From Lingula anatina (lineage: Eukaryota > Animalia > Brachiopoda), in assembly GCA_051362555.1 (NCBI GenBank), contig CM120649.1:17560567-17624566 (forward strand): a DNA stretch of 64,000 bases, written 5' to 3'. A program made the translations under genes and the position numbers. How positions within the stretch are numbered: the stretch's first letter is position 1; the number at the start of each line of letters is the position of its first letter. The notes beneath the pieces were generated by a model, which worked only from the letters and a program-made list of their open reading frames with translations, was not told the origin of the DNA and did no database searches. Of this stretch, positions 52,519-64,000 are shown in pieces.

Positions 52519-53706
52519 CCCTCGCTGTACTCAGTTGTTATATGCAAGTGTAAGTTACACAAAAACACTCGTCCCTACGTGAAAGAGAAATTTCGTTTCT
52601 TTTACTAAATAATGAGACTTATATTGGTTTCAGTATGGAGACCGAGTCGTACCAATACGATGCATTTCTGGTACATAGTAGTGATGACGGAAAGACCGTA
52701 GGAGGAGTGTGTGAGCAACTCGAGGCACGTGGTGTCCGTTGTTGTTACGCTCCACGTGACTTCACTTATGGGAAGCCCATCCCAGCATCCACGGAAGACG
52801 CATTTGAAAAATCCAAATTCATCCTGGTGGTATTTTCTGAAAACTTCATGAAGAGCTCTTGGTGTCAGTACGAAATGCACATGGCGGTACAGAAGACGGT
52901 GGATTCACGTCAGGACGTCGTCATTCCAATCCTGTTGGATTTCCCAGAGGAGAACCTCCCGCTTGGGTTTAAAACCATGAAATATATTTCAGTTCGACAG
53001 CATGACTTCTTACCCAAACTTGTTCAAACTATTGAAGGTACGTAATTAACATGGCAATCGTTCTATGTACATTGTACTGGTAAATCCAGTTAACCAAAGT
53101 AACCAGATACTGTGTGATAGAATGTCATGGATATCATGGAGGGTGGGCGGGTCTTGCATCAGTGTAACGAAACTAAGGGTAGTATAAAATTAAGTCCGCC
53201 CTCCATTCAGTTAGAACGGTTAGGGTTAGCCTGGCCTAAATGGTTCAGTACCTAGGGCGAGGTTTACCTGTATAAATGAAGAAGAAGAGGTCTCTCCTAA
53301 TGGGGGACCCTCTGTCACGTTACACCGGTTTGTTTATAAACCCATTTTTGTCTTACTTAAGAAACTGATCTATTTCCTCCATCCTCTATATGCATTTGCC
53401 TTTATGAGGTCGTGCAGAAATTAACGGTAATACACCAGTAGTATAAACACTGTTTCTGTTATTATTATGAAGGTGAGCCGGCTGGTTTTGGGTTTTGGTT
53501 TTGTTAATAAATTCGTGTTTTTTTTTTCTTCAGGCTCCGGCACCGAGCCTCTTTACGGCCAGCTTCTGCTCGAAAATCAAACATTGAAACTAGAGAATGA
53601 AGTGCTGAAAGCGGAACTTGAAGACACGCGCCAACGATTGGCAGATTCCACCACTTTGGTCAAAAGACTTCAGGCGGCAATGCCAGCGACAGGAGTTCCC
53701 AGTTAG
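46030..53706 (+). CDS. Ankyrin repeat - Death-fold - TIR - coiled-coil protein, ~672 aa. Exons 46030-46128, 46735-46833, 47165-47263, 47581-47679, 47993-48091, 48410-48508, 48826-48924, 49250-49348, 49663-49761, 50102-50200, 50896-50982, 51845-52061, 52261-52408, 52634-53037, 53534-53706
   Basis: Ten 99-nt phase-0 ankyrin exons (TPLHxAAxGGHSDVAALLIQHGADPCSTD) and a capping exon. Death-like KLEMLRNWADAYGIKSLQELKRRLAEAGCLNLA. TIR YDAFLVHSSDD...RDFTYG...SENFMKSSWCQYEM. Heptad tail LLLENQTLKLENEVLKAELEDTRQRL. All junctions are GT-AG and phase-compatible; the 51845 acceptor is the least certain. Confidence 0.85.
46700..50600 (+). repeat. Tandem exon+intron units of 412-439 bp (10 units), one ankyrin repeat each
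   Basis: Exon starts at 46735, 47165, 47581, 47993, 48410, 48826, 49250, 49663, 50102 and 50531. The introns are mutually alignable. Confidence 0.95.
50531..50705 (+). pseudogene. Truncated (50531-50595) and decayed (~50650-50705) ankyrin pseudo-exons
   Basis: RKRTPLHEAANGGHNDVAALL ends abruptly without the usual donor. LSWTPFY*AAAG..SHSD follows a cag acceptor. Confidence 0.65.
53160..53327. mobile_element. Small MITE-like element in the last intron
   Basis: Inverted ends cagtgtaacg / cgttacaccg with internal ggttagggttag. Confidence 0.45.
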
Positions 53707-54631
53707 AACATACAGCTAGAAACGTGGTGCAGAAAACTTCTGTGGATTATGTGTGGAATAATTACGCTTAAAGTGTCCTCAGATTTCTGTACTCAATTTA
53801 ACCTCATTTGTGATTTACATAATTCCCAGCTGCCTCTGTCTCTACATGCAGCGCAGGTTCATCAGCCCTATAGAGCACGCAATGCTGGTCAGCCGGATCA
53901 TAGGGAAATATGTACATGTGGTTCGATCCTTGTACCTTAAGTTTTTCAGACACTTTGTTCGAAAGTTTGTCCATAAATCAAAGTATGATTTGGGGACGTT
54001 TTCAAGTTCGTACACTGCTGTTCCTTGGGCAACTGTGCATTGGGTTCTAGTCTGAGACCGATTTCACGCAAAACGAAAGTTAAGACGTCATCTTCAACAT
54101 CAAATTACATGTACTAGTAGTTGTCTGACATTGCCTATGTAGCAAAGCTTGTAAGATTATATTTTTAATGGAGTAATCGCTTTTGATTTCCCTTTCCGCT
54201 TGGATTATTTTCAGCTTTTTATTGAGAATATTTGATTGTGTATGTTGATTTTATCATAATAATGATAAAACAGTAATTTACAGTAATTGAGTAAATTAAT
54301 TATTTTGATGTTTAGTCTCTTTAAAGACCACATTATTTGGATTGGTCTATAACTATATACGTTTTATGGATGTCAATAATGCAGGCTCATTTGATATTGC
54401 CTTTTAGTTTATATTTAACCTCATTTGTGAATACAAGTTTAGTACGAGTCCAAATGAAGTACAGTTGTTAGATGTTAGGATAGGATGAGTGTGTTGTTCT
54501 TAAAATTCAACGTCATCTGATTTGTTCATCTTTATTCAGTTTTCACCCATAACTAGTTCTGTTGACATTCCTTTTGTTTCCAAGATGATTTCATGTTTAC
54601 AACAGATTATGTTGTACAGAATGAATATTTT

Positions 54632-55132
54632 TTACCTCCGCCAAGGAGGAGGTTATGTTTTCGCCCCTGTTTGTCTGTCTGTCTGTCTGTTTGTTTGTCG
54701 TCAACATAACCCAAAAAGTTATGGACCGATTTTGATGAAATTTTCAGGGTAGGTGGGAAATGGGTTAACTTAGAAGTGATTAGTTTTTGGTGGTGATCCA
54801 GATCATTAATCAATCAATAATCAAAAACCTACATCAACATAACTCAAAAAGTTATGGACCGATTTTGATGAAATTTTCAGGGTAGGTAGGAAATGGGTTA
54901 ACTTAGAAGTGATTAGTTTTTGGTGGTGATCCAGAACATTAATCAATCAATAATCAAAAACCAATCATCAACATAACCCAAAAAGTTATGGACCGATTTT
55001 GATGAAATTTTCAGGAACTGTCAAAAGTGGGCCAAGGAACAGATGATTAGTTTTTGATCCGGATCAATAATCAATAATAATAAAAAATTGCTGCCTTGAC
55101 GGAGGTCTGTGCTCTCGGAGTGATTTTCTAGT
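54632..55132 (+). mobile_element. Non-autonomous Helentron/HINE-like element
   Basis: 5' ttacctccgccaagg with a subterminal inverted copy ccttgacggagg, a (GTCT)n microsatellite, ~134-bp internal tandem repeats (54701, 54834, 54968), a 3' short hairpin and a CTAG end. Confidence 0.75.
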
Positions 55133-56655
55133 GTTAACAAAGAATAAAAAGAGTTGTGCAAAAATTTATTTGCAAAAGTTTATTCACATATAAGGGATAA
55201 AGTAACATATCTGAGAAAAAGGATATTTTATAATTGCTAGTATATATAATCACATCCAGAATATACATAGAGAGACAGATGGCTGATAAAAATATACAAG
55301 AACATATTTTGGAAAAAACATACATTTCTCAATATCTAGAGTATATAAAATGCTTACAAAAAGCTATCAGACATTTCAAAGTGCAACATATTTGTCATAT
55401 ATATATTGAATAAATGAAAATACTCCATTACACAGAGACAAAAGCTTTCTTTATTTGACATCGTGAATATATAACAAGAATAAATAGGGAAAATAAGAAT
55501 TTATGAACTAAAATAATGTAACTCACTTATAATGAGGACGCTGTAATCCACAAATACAGAATTGCTAACGAGTACCACAGACATGTGTATTTCAAAAGAT
55601 ATCAAACTGAAGAAAATCAAATTTCAATGTTTCAAGGTAAATGCAAATATCTGACTTTTAGATAAAGGACTCAAACAAACAGAATGACATTGTAGCCTCT
55701 ACTCTTGATTAAAAAAGGAAGAAAACTGCAGTAAAACAGTGTGAGATTGTGTCTGTATATTATCCCTTTCACCATAAATAAATAAAGAAATAAATGTCAT
55801 GACAGACAGTAAACCCAGAATTAAAGAAATATTATCAGCTGTAGAAGTTTGATCAAAAGGATCCAATCATCAGCTGTAGAGTCCTTGTTTTAAGTATAAC
55901 ATACTACACATATTATGATTCAAGTCCAGTCTGAGAAAAATGTCAAACTACATGATATTTTTAAATCTCCATTTGGAGGCCAAACCCAACTGCAGGATCA
56001 GAGAGGACTTATCACCTCCTGGCTAGGTCCCAACAACTAGACTGGGCACATCAAACACATGCTGGTGGTAATACACACACCTCATTGAAAATAACAACTC
56101 ATAAAATCTTACTGGAATGTCCATAGCAACTGGTTTTTCCAAAGTTTCTATTTACAACCCATCAGGCTTCCTCCTCCCTCCCCAATATGAAAGAATGTCT
56201 CATTAAAGAAATGCAGGAGATTGTTTTGCCAAGAAAAAAAGGAATACTTCACTCACAGACTTTTTCCTTATCAAATTCTTCACTATCTTAAAATCGCTTT
56301 TTTACCGCAGAGAAATACAATGAAAAATCACATTTTTTTCCAAAGGTAAACATATTATGTACATATTAGAAATAACATACAAATGTACCATCATATATAC
56401 CACTAGATTGAGCCAACAAGTGTGCTCAAAGATACCAAGACAAAAATAACTGAGAAATAAAATTATAAAATAAAATAAATGGACAAAAAAATGATATCAT
56501 ATATTCAAAAATAATTGAAGTAAAATGTAAAGTATGTCATTTTCTCTACAAATGGAATCTCCACTGCCTTTGCATTCAACAGACTTCTCTACTCTTCACA
56601 AACCAAGTCGGTGAACCTCCTCTATTTTAGTCTGATAATGTCAAGGTCACAGCAG

Positions 56656-57927
56656 CTACCAATACAGCGGCATGAACATCATCGAGCCCAGTGCAGCTCC
56701 AGCAACCATCCCCAGGGCCACGTCACTGCCGTCTATGCTGTTTCTTCTTCTGCGTCTGCATCCATCTACAGGATAATAATTTCCGTCTACGTACACTACT
56801 TGCTGCTGTCCAGAGTGTTGAACTGAAATAACCAATAAAAATGTACAACATCCTTTCCATCTCTCAAAATAAATGGTCTTTGTCAGTAGCTTTCTGTCTA
56901 AATTTGTTTTATGACTAAAAATGGTTATTTTGTAATCTGGCAATCAATGGTTTTGTTGGTTATCAAGAGGCATATTTTTCATTTTCATTTTCTTTAGCTT
57001 AAAAAAAAAAAAGATATAAAATAAATTTTTTAATCAGCTGAAAACCTGTTTTAAACCATTTGTTTCAAACCAGCCTGCAAACGGCTTCAAACCAGTCTCA
57101 CGCCACCTTTACACAAAAACTAAAACCAGCTTTTTAATCATCTTAAAACCTCCTATAAAGCAGTTTAAAACCAGCCATAGACCTGCTAACAGCCCCAGCC
57201 TTATTACCTATGGGAGGTGGGTTTGACCCATAGTAAACTTGGCCAGGATAACTATATGCTACTTGCTGGCGTGGATATGGAGTGGAACCCGCCGTCATTT
57301 GCTGTTGGGGATATGTAGTAGAAGCCGCCGCCATTTGCTGTTGGGGATATGGAGTAGAAGCCGCTGCCATTTGCTGTTGTGAATACCCAGCACCACTGGA
57401 CATGTTCTCTTGATACACATGTACATATGGAGGCGCTGAAGCCAAGGTTTGGGGTTGGGAGTAAGGGAACTGTCCCCCATTTGTTCCTGTAGTACCAACT
57501 GCTTCAGAATATGTGGGTGGGGCATCCTTGGCGCTCCTTGTAGTCAGGACTCTGGCCTGTTCTAAGGCTATCTTCCAGGCACTGGAAAATATAGTGGCAT
57601 AAAACTCAACATTGAGGGTTATTGTCTTTTTTTTCGTTAATGAATCAAATAAATTAAGGATTATTGTTTTTTTTTTTGTTTTTTTATAAACGGATCAACT
57701 GAATTAACATTATATATATTATATAAGCACTGGAAAACAGTGTCATACAACTCAAGGTTGAGGATTCTCGTCTTTTTTTTATATAAATGAAGCAACTGAA
57801 TTATCACTATATTATATAAGATTTATTTTCATCTGTTACAGGATGAGGTTGATAAATTTGTTTTTAAGTAATAATGATAATTACAGTACTGCCTCTTCCC
57901 CCGATATGTTTGTTGCTTTGTTTGTAA

Positions 57928-57964
<37 letters not shown>

Positions 57965-58864
57965 TACGTCATATCATCTAACGTATCAGCACACAGTTGG
58001 TAAGTGTTATTGCCTCTTCCGACAATCTTCAGCAGACACTCTTTACCAGTGCCCTCTGGGGGAGTGACACCACACTGAAAATAGTTTTAAATCAATTGGT
58101 TCACTAATCAAGAAATTAATGTGCAATAAAGTATCTCTTTTTTTTTTCAATAACCTACATCTAAAACAGACTACCAGTTTTCAATGATTTTCACACAATT
58201 TTTTTCAAAGTCGGTCAGACTAATTAGTTGTTCTCAGCAAAAGTTTTGTGTATGTAATATTCCTTGGTTTAACTTATCCAGTAATTAGTGTGTGTGTGTG
58301 CATGCGTGCGTGCGTGCGTGCGTGTGTGTGTGTGTACACAACTGTGCCCCATACCTGTTCTCCAGACAGAATAGCCAGACATTCTATCTTCATCACCAGA
58401 GTCCACTCCGAGTAATGGCTGTCGGCACTCTCAAACATTTTCAAGTCACCATTTTGATAGAGGACAAACCAGTTACGTTTCCACCTTCGCAGAATTGAAC
58501 CTAAGCAGAATAATTAATGTATCATTACATAAACCAATGAGTTCTGTTGCCAAAATAGGTATACCTTGGATGTGTTATCTTCTGATAAGTGGCAAATGAA
58601 ATGAAACTTTATTCATAATCATTTTCAAATGAACATCAAGCTAATCATTTGAATTTAATTTTTAAAAACACAAACTTGAGACATATGATGACTTAAATCA
58701 TACCTTACAACAGTAAATTTTTATGACAAATTTTTGAGAGTGAAACTGGTAACTACAGTAGTATTGTACATGTTTGGCAATCATAACATGAAAAACATTG
58801 AGGAAGCAGATAACTTACTCTGTCTTTGAAGCCATCCTGCTTTTACAATGTTGAAATCTGCCAT
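56656..58864 (-). CDS. PLEKHB2: Evectin / PH domain-containing family B protein, 279 aa. Exons 58864-58819, 58500-58355, 58074-57968, 57581-57208, 56822-56656
   Basis: The PH domain reads MADFNIVKAGWLQRQSSILRRWKRNWFVLYQNGDL...PPEGTGKECLLKIV...LCADTLDDMTAWKIALEQAR. It has a PPTY motif and a C-terminal DVALGMVAGAALGSMMF anchor typical of PLEKHB1/2. All phases fit. Probably co-orthologous to PLEKHB1 and PLEKHB2. Confidence 0.9.
57262..57385 (-). repeat. 36-bp coding repeat (QQQMAAASTPYP x~3.5) in PLEKHB exon 4
   Basis: Seen directly in the translation. Confidence 0.85.
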
Positions 58865-59040
58865 GAGCAGTTAACATGAACAGTTCAACCCAATCTAGAA
58901 TGAACAGATTACGGTAGTGTGAACAGTGTATATAACTATGAATGTACAAATTACGACAGTAGTTCATACATGTACATGTGCATGCATATAAATAAAATAA
59001 CATGATTTCAGACTACAGTCTATAGGCTGTATAGTCAAAT

Positions 59041-59065
59041 CAAGGAGTTATAATATAACTCCTTG
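59041..59065. mobile_element. 25-bp palindromic mini-insertion with a 7-bp TSD
   Basis: gtcaaat-CAAGGAGTTATAATATAACTCCTTG-gtcaaat. Confidence 0.65.
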
Positions 59066-60283
59066 GTCAAATTAACTACAGTGCTGGTAAAGTTTACATG
59101 ATATAGACTATAGACAAATATGTCTTGTTTAACATGTACTAGTACATGTACAAACTACAGTACACTGTTAGAAGAATGCTAACACTTGTTACAATTTAAT
59201 TTATAATTCAGTTATTTACGTTTATCTCCGACTGAGGGTGAACACTTTCTGGTAGTGGTATAAGAACGTGAAATAATACTGTACTGTATAAATACTGGCA
59301 AATTTTACATTATGTCAAAATTTATGGTACTCATTTTTGACATGAACTTAGCAGTGATCAATACTAACTAAACATTTACTTTTAAAAACCTCTCAACTCT
59401 TTAAATAACTGGTTACTCACTTTAAAATGTAAGCTTATATGTCAAATCGTTGTGTTTACAGTTACGAGATGAGCGACACATCAGCTTCCTAGATGCGCAG
59501 AACTTTTAGTACACCGTGATGTGGATAGGTGGCGACTCTATGCAGGAAAAGCTGTGTAATATGCTGCGAGTGGGGTCGAGAGGTAACCAAGGTTTCTATT
59601 CTGTCGCCTTTTTAACAGTTAAGTGGTGAAAGTTTGGTATTTTAATCTGGTGCCACTTCTTCTTCGTTTGTTTGAGCATTGCAAGGGACTTACAACTCTA
59701 TAATTTACAGGTAGTAACAGCATTCACTCACAGGGTTAAACTGCACACTAGCCGGACATTGTCTGATAAAACAGTAATTTTATTTTCCCGCTTGAACTTC
59801 AAGCTTGGTCGCCAACGACGTTTTGATTTTGTCATTTTTACAGATATCATACTCAAATGAATTCAGTTATGGCCAGGGATAATAGCTTTCTTTGTTCTCC
59901 TAAGGCCTAATTTGTCTTGCATTGTTTGCAATTGCATAAACGGACGCATACACTTCGACAGGGGGCCTGCCAATGCATTTCACAAGCCTACAAAGAGATT
60001 TTCCCAGCCACCCCCTCCTTCAGAGAGTACAAGATGAAAGTCTTCAAATTATTATGTCTTTTGTTGGCAAATTTTGACAGCAATTCGGCTCCGATCATGA
60101 TTTTTATCATTTTTGCAGGAGTGAGGGCATTTACTCCCCCCCCCCTTCCCCCGTAAAGTTTCTAGACTTGTGAAAATGACGTCCCCTTAGTTAGGCCTTG
60201 AACATCAAATGCCCAGATTTTGTGACAGTAGTACTTCCATTCCAGTATATTTCTAGAAAAGGTTGCTGGAGGCTGCATGTAGT

Positions 60284-60514
60284 ATAGAAGGGTAGGAATA
60301 CCCCCCCCCCCCCCCCCCCTTAATCACCCATCACTAAGAATGAAAACAGCTCAATCACCAATAACAAAGTTACATGTATATTCAGGTCAATCACCAATCA
60401 CTAAAAATTCCTGAATCATGTTTCACTCTGAATATTGGGCTCAAATAGTGCATCACGCTAAAAAAAACAAGGCCAATCACGCGGAACACAAAAGGTATTC
60501 CCTACCGTCCTATA
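60284..60514. mobile_element. Small MITE-like element
   Basis: Imperfect TIRs tatagaagggtaggaatacc / ggtattccctaccgtcctata. Confidence 0.45.
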
Positions 60515-60635
60515 CATGTATGACCTACATTGTACTGTGGCACATCATCCAAATACATGTACTTCATGTCCAAGTTCAGTGTGGATTGTAATATACTTTA
60601 CCTTGCACTCTTTTAGGACACTAAATTTAGGAGTA

Positions 60636-61307
60636 ATGCAGAGGACGTCCCAACAAATCCCAGGTGATGACAGTGACAGTTCAGGTGATATACCTTTGTC
60701 ACAGCTGCGCACACCAAGAACACAACAGAAAGACCCCCCAGGAGATCCATACAAAACCCCAGGGGTGACTCCCAGGGCCTCGGACAGAATAAAAAGCCGA
60801 AAAGCCCAGACATTTGTAATGCCAAACAAGAGGGATGTGTTTGACAAAATTGAAGTCCCTTCCAATGGCAAGTGCTCATCTTATGAGCACCTGAAACCTC
60901 GTCGGATTGTGAATGATTTTATACGAGTAAATCATCGCTATAATTTTGATCCGGACTACACCAGTGGTGAGGATTCGTCACTGGATGGGTTTCTGGCCGA
61001 AAATAATTCAGAAGAAGAAGAAGATGAGGAGGATGATGAAGACACTTTTCGACACAGTAATTCCAAGAAGAAAAAGAATTGTGGTTTACAGAAGAGAAGA
61101 ACTTCAAGTTTTTCATCAGTTAAATCGGGTGATAAAACCGACACGGGTTCAAAATTTAAAAGAATCAGAACAATTGCGGACGATTCCAGTGACGAAGATG
61201 GTCAAAATGCAGATGACAGTGATTCTGATGTTCCTGTGAAAAAAGTGCGAAAGTTTTCCCATGGTGGTTCAGTGTCAGGCGTCATAGATGATGACAGTGA
61301 TGACTGA
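60636..61307 (+). CDS. Acidic/basic low-complexity protein, 223 aa, probably nuclear; function unknown
   Basis: Open frame after the acceptor ttttag at 60616, with D/E/S tracts and KKKK / KRIR / KKVRK clusters. Candidate non-coding first exon with a donor at ~59582. Confidence 0.65.
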   Translation: MQRTSQQIPGDDSDSSGDIPLSQLRTPRTQQKDPPGDPYKTPGVTPRASDRIKSRKAQTFVMPNKRDVFDKIEVPSNGKCSSYEHLKPRRIVNDFIRVNHRYNFDPDYTSGEDSSLDGFLAENNSEEEEDEEDDEDTFRHSNSKKKKNCGLQKRRTSSFSSVKSGDKTDTGSKFKRIRTIADDSSDEDGQNADDSDSDVPVKKVRKFSHGGSVSGVIDDDSDD

Positions 61308-61992
61308 TATGCAATCAATGAATATTAAATTCAACGTATACCTGTATAAAGTGTTATAAAAATAAGCTGTTAATACTCCATTTCCAGTTCTTTCTTTCCT
61401 TTTCTTTCATCCTTTGTTTTTTTTGAAACCAGTAGATTTGAACATAATTTTACATCTTAGCTGCAAAGTCTTTGCTGTTATACCGCATGTGATCATATGT
61501 GAAAATTTGTTTAAAATTTAAAAGAAAGTGGGAACCATTTTGTATGTGAAATAATTATTCTAATTTGTAAAAAGTCATTGTTACAATAGCAGCTTCTCAG
61601 ATTTCTAATTGGAAAAGGTTAATAAGATATTTAATTAATTTTTTGAAAAATGCCAAAAAATTAATGAGAAAAAGCTTAGCAGTGGGTGGGATCATATACA
61701 TAGCACAGTTTTATTTATCCAAGACTTAAATATTTACTGAAAGTTTCAAGTAAAAAAAAACTTTTTAATGAGAAGCTGAAATATGTTTTCACCTCAAATG
61801 ACAATAATTTGATGTACTAAGAGAAGTACTTATATTGTCAATCAGGTTTTCATAGACCGGTTTGACAGTGAAAATGTATTGTCCAATGGGGAATACCCGC
61901 TTTAAGGGTCTGCCGCTAGATGGCGTGGGGGTGAAAGCAGTCCTTCTTAAATCTCGCAGAATCTCGCTCACGGCTTTACACCAGAGTTTAAC

Positions 61993-62920
61993 ATGGAGCG
62001 TGTGCACGCGTCGCTGACAGTGGACCAACTCAAACGCAATTTACTTGAATGTGGTGCCATAACATCTGGATGAAAATGTGAATTGACTGAAAGGTATGTG
62101 TTTTCTTTTCATTTAGTGCTTGAAAAACAAGAATGCTAACTATTTTCCTTGAAAAAAATCGAACATTAGTCGAGGTGTGTGTGTCAAATCTGACATGTTA
62201 TGTACATGTAGACTACTGTAGGTACGAGTAGGCCTACGCTCATATTTTGTTTTAGTAGCACGAAAGACGAAGATTTTTTATACTTAGTAAATGTACTTAT
62301 TTTTTTTCTTTATAAGGTTACCCAAAGAAGGCCCATATATTGGGGGCAAAGCCTGAAACTGTCGATTTCAGGACCCCCAGGACAGCCAACTTCAAGAGCA
62401 GGATAAAATGATTACTTCAGGAATCTTACCCGTCACTTCACATCAGCGGCAAAGATTGATGTAGCCACCAGTTATGCCTACCCTAAAGCTGACTTACAGG
62501 CGGCTGTGATGGACAACAACTATTGCCAAGTGCCATGAAAACAATAATGCATGGATAGAGGGAATGATGTAAGTGAAAACAGAGGTCTAATATTAAGAAT
62601 CAGGCCCAAATATGAGAAAGAATTATCAAACTAGGTGATGTGTGACATCATAGAAATATAAAATTGTATCTTAACTATTTAATGCTGTAACCATCTACCA
62701 TGCTTTAATGGGATATGACTATTTCAGGTTGAGGAACAAACAGCGAAGGACACTGAGCATAGCAAGTTACAACAAGGAAAGAGCGCAATCTGACACAAGG
62801 AGAGACAATGGCGGATCACTGCTTCCAGATTTGGAGAGATAATGTCAGCTACAGAGAAGAAGTATATGAACAAACTGTATGAATAATTGTTGTGTCCAAA
62901 ACCATTGCAGACACATGACA
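61993..62920 (+). pseudogene. Decayed SAP-domain + YqaJ (lambda exonuclease-like) gene, probably from a DNA transposon (ISL2EU- or Kolobok-type)
   Basis: Exon 61993-62093 reads MERVHASLTVDQLKRNLLECGAITSG*KCELTER (SAP). The exon from 62728 reads QQGKSAI*HKERQWRITASRFGEIM (YqaJ motif WxxxRxxRITASxF). Confidence 0.7.
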
Positions 62921-63399
62921 GTTGGACCCGGACCCGATTTCCCCTTTTTGGAATGTTTATCTCGTGCACGAATCTGGGCCTAAAGAAAACCCGCGAATAC
63001 TATACTAAGTTAGAAGGCCAGATGTTCATTACAAATCGCCCATTCTGCTATTTTGCTGTGTTTACATTCAAAGATCTGTTTGTGGGGTTGATTCATTCTG
63101 ACGCTGGATATTTTTCTACATGTATTTTGCCCAGGATAACTTTTTTTAATGAAAAACACTATAGGAAGTATGTGTCAACCAGTTTATAGAAAGTACCCCT
63201 GTATGAGATGGTTTTAGCTGCAATCATAATTTTGAAGTGCAATTTTAAAAAATGTTTTCACTAAAATGAAATAATTTGGTGGTGCTATATTCTTTACAAA
63301 AAGTACTTATGTGTTTATGCTGTTTTTAATAATATTTAACTGTAATGAAAAAAAACCCATGATGCTATTTTGTAAAGTATTTTAGCGGGATGAAATAAA

Positions 63400-64000
63400 T
63401 TGCTAGTTGTATTTACAGCAAATAATTTGGTTTTTCTGCTTTTTAAAGAATTTTCAAAGTGATGACATAATGTGGTGGTTCTCTCCAAGTAATATAATTC
63501 ATAAGTACTATTTTGTAAAAAGGAACAAAAAACTGTTAATTTGTAAAATGTTTGCTTTCTTTAATTTTTATTTCTTAAACTGTTACAAAAAGTTTTCCAT
63601 ACCTACAGTAATCCATTGGCTGAGAAATTGCAGCTATATATTCAGGAAAGTTATAGCACAAATAAATTATCAAAGTATTATATGGTTTCATGGTTTTTAC
63701 TATGGACTGAATAATTATTTTGTTTAAATAAAATATTTGGTTTTGCTGCTTTTTAATGAATTTTCAGAGCGATGAAATAATATGGTGTTTCTACTCAAGT
63801 AAAACAATTCAGAAGTGCTATTTTGTAAAAAAAGAACAAAAAATGTTCATTTATAAAATGTTTTCTTTCTTTAAATTTTATTTCTTAAACTGTTACATAA
63901 AGATTTCCAAACATGCATTATTCCATTGGCTGAGAAATTGCATCTATACATGAACAAATAAATTATCTAACTATACCTAGTTTTATGATTCTTACGAGGT
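63400..64000. repeat. AT-rich ~310-bp tandem repeat (2 or more units)
   Basis: atttggtttt...ctgctttttaa.gaattttca at ~63424 and ~63734, with continuing similarity. Confidence 0.8.

Noticed and set aside
62068-62793. In-frame TGA codons as selenocysteine or readthrough
   Set aside because: They replace Arg/Trp-type positions, other stops and frameshifts accompany them, and no SECIS was seen. This is ordinary pseudogene decay.

Overview
This is AT-rich animal genomic DNA with spliceosomal GT-AG introns, probably from a marine invertebrate such as a mollusc (inferred from gene content and repeat types). Most ORFs in the supplied track are spurious; the real genes are multi-exon and were assembled by hand from splice sites and phases. 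Left to right: (1) two tail-to-tail paralogous LamG/ConA-like + CCP(sushi) genes, one with a 45-bp mucin repeat and a TM anchor; (2) a tandem array of secreted 10-Cys Ly6/quiver-type three-finger genes (3 intact, the rest partial), interrupted by a recent non-autonomous LTR element with 3.2-kb LTRs and a tRNA-Leu PBS; (3) about 8 kb of tandem ~700-bp units carrying repeated NF-kB-type sites, with a Tc1 element and a Harbinger MITE inserted; (4) an ankyrin-Death-TIR-coiled-coil gene in which each ankyrin repeat is its own 99-bp phase-0 exon, hypervariable at the binding-surface codons; (5) a Helentron-like element, an evectin/PLEKHB gene, a divergent acidic protein gene and a decayed SAP+YqaJ transposon gene. 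The best candidate for an undescribed system is the modular ankyrin-exon TIR receptor together with its kB-rich upstream region. Coordinates were counted by hand and no database searches were run.
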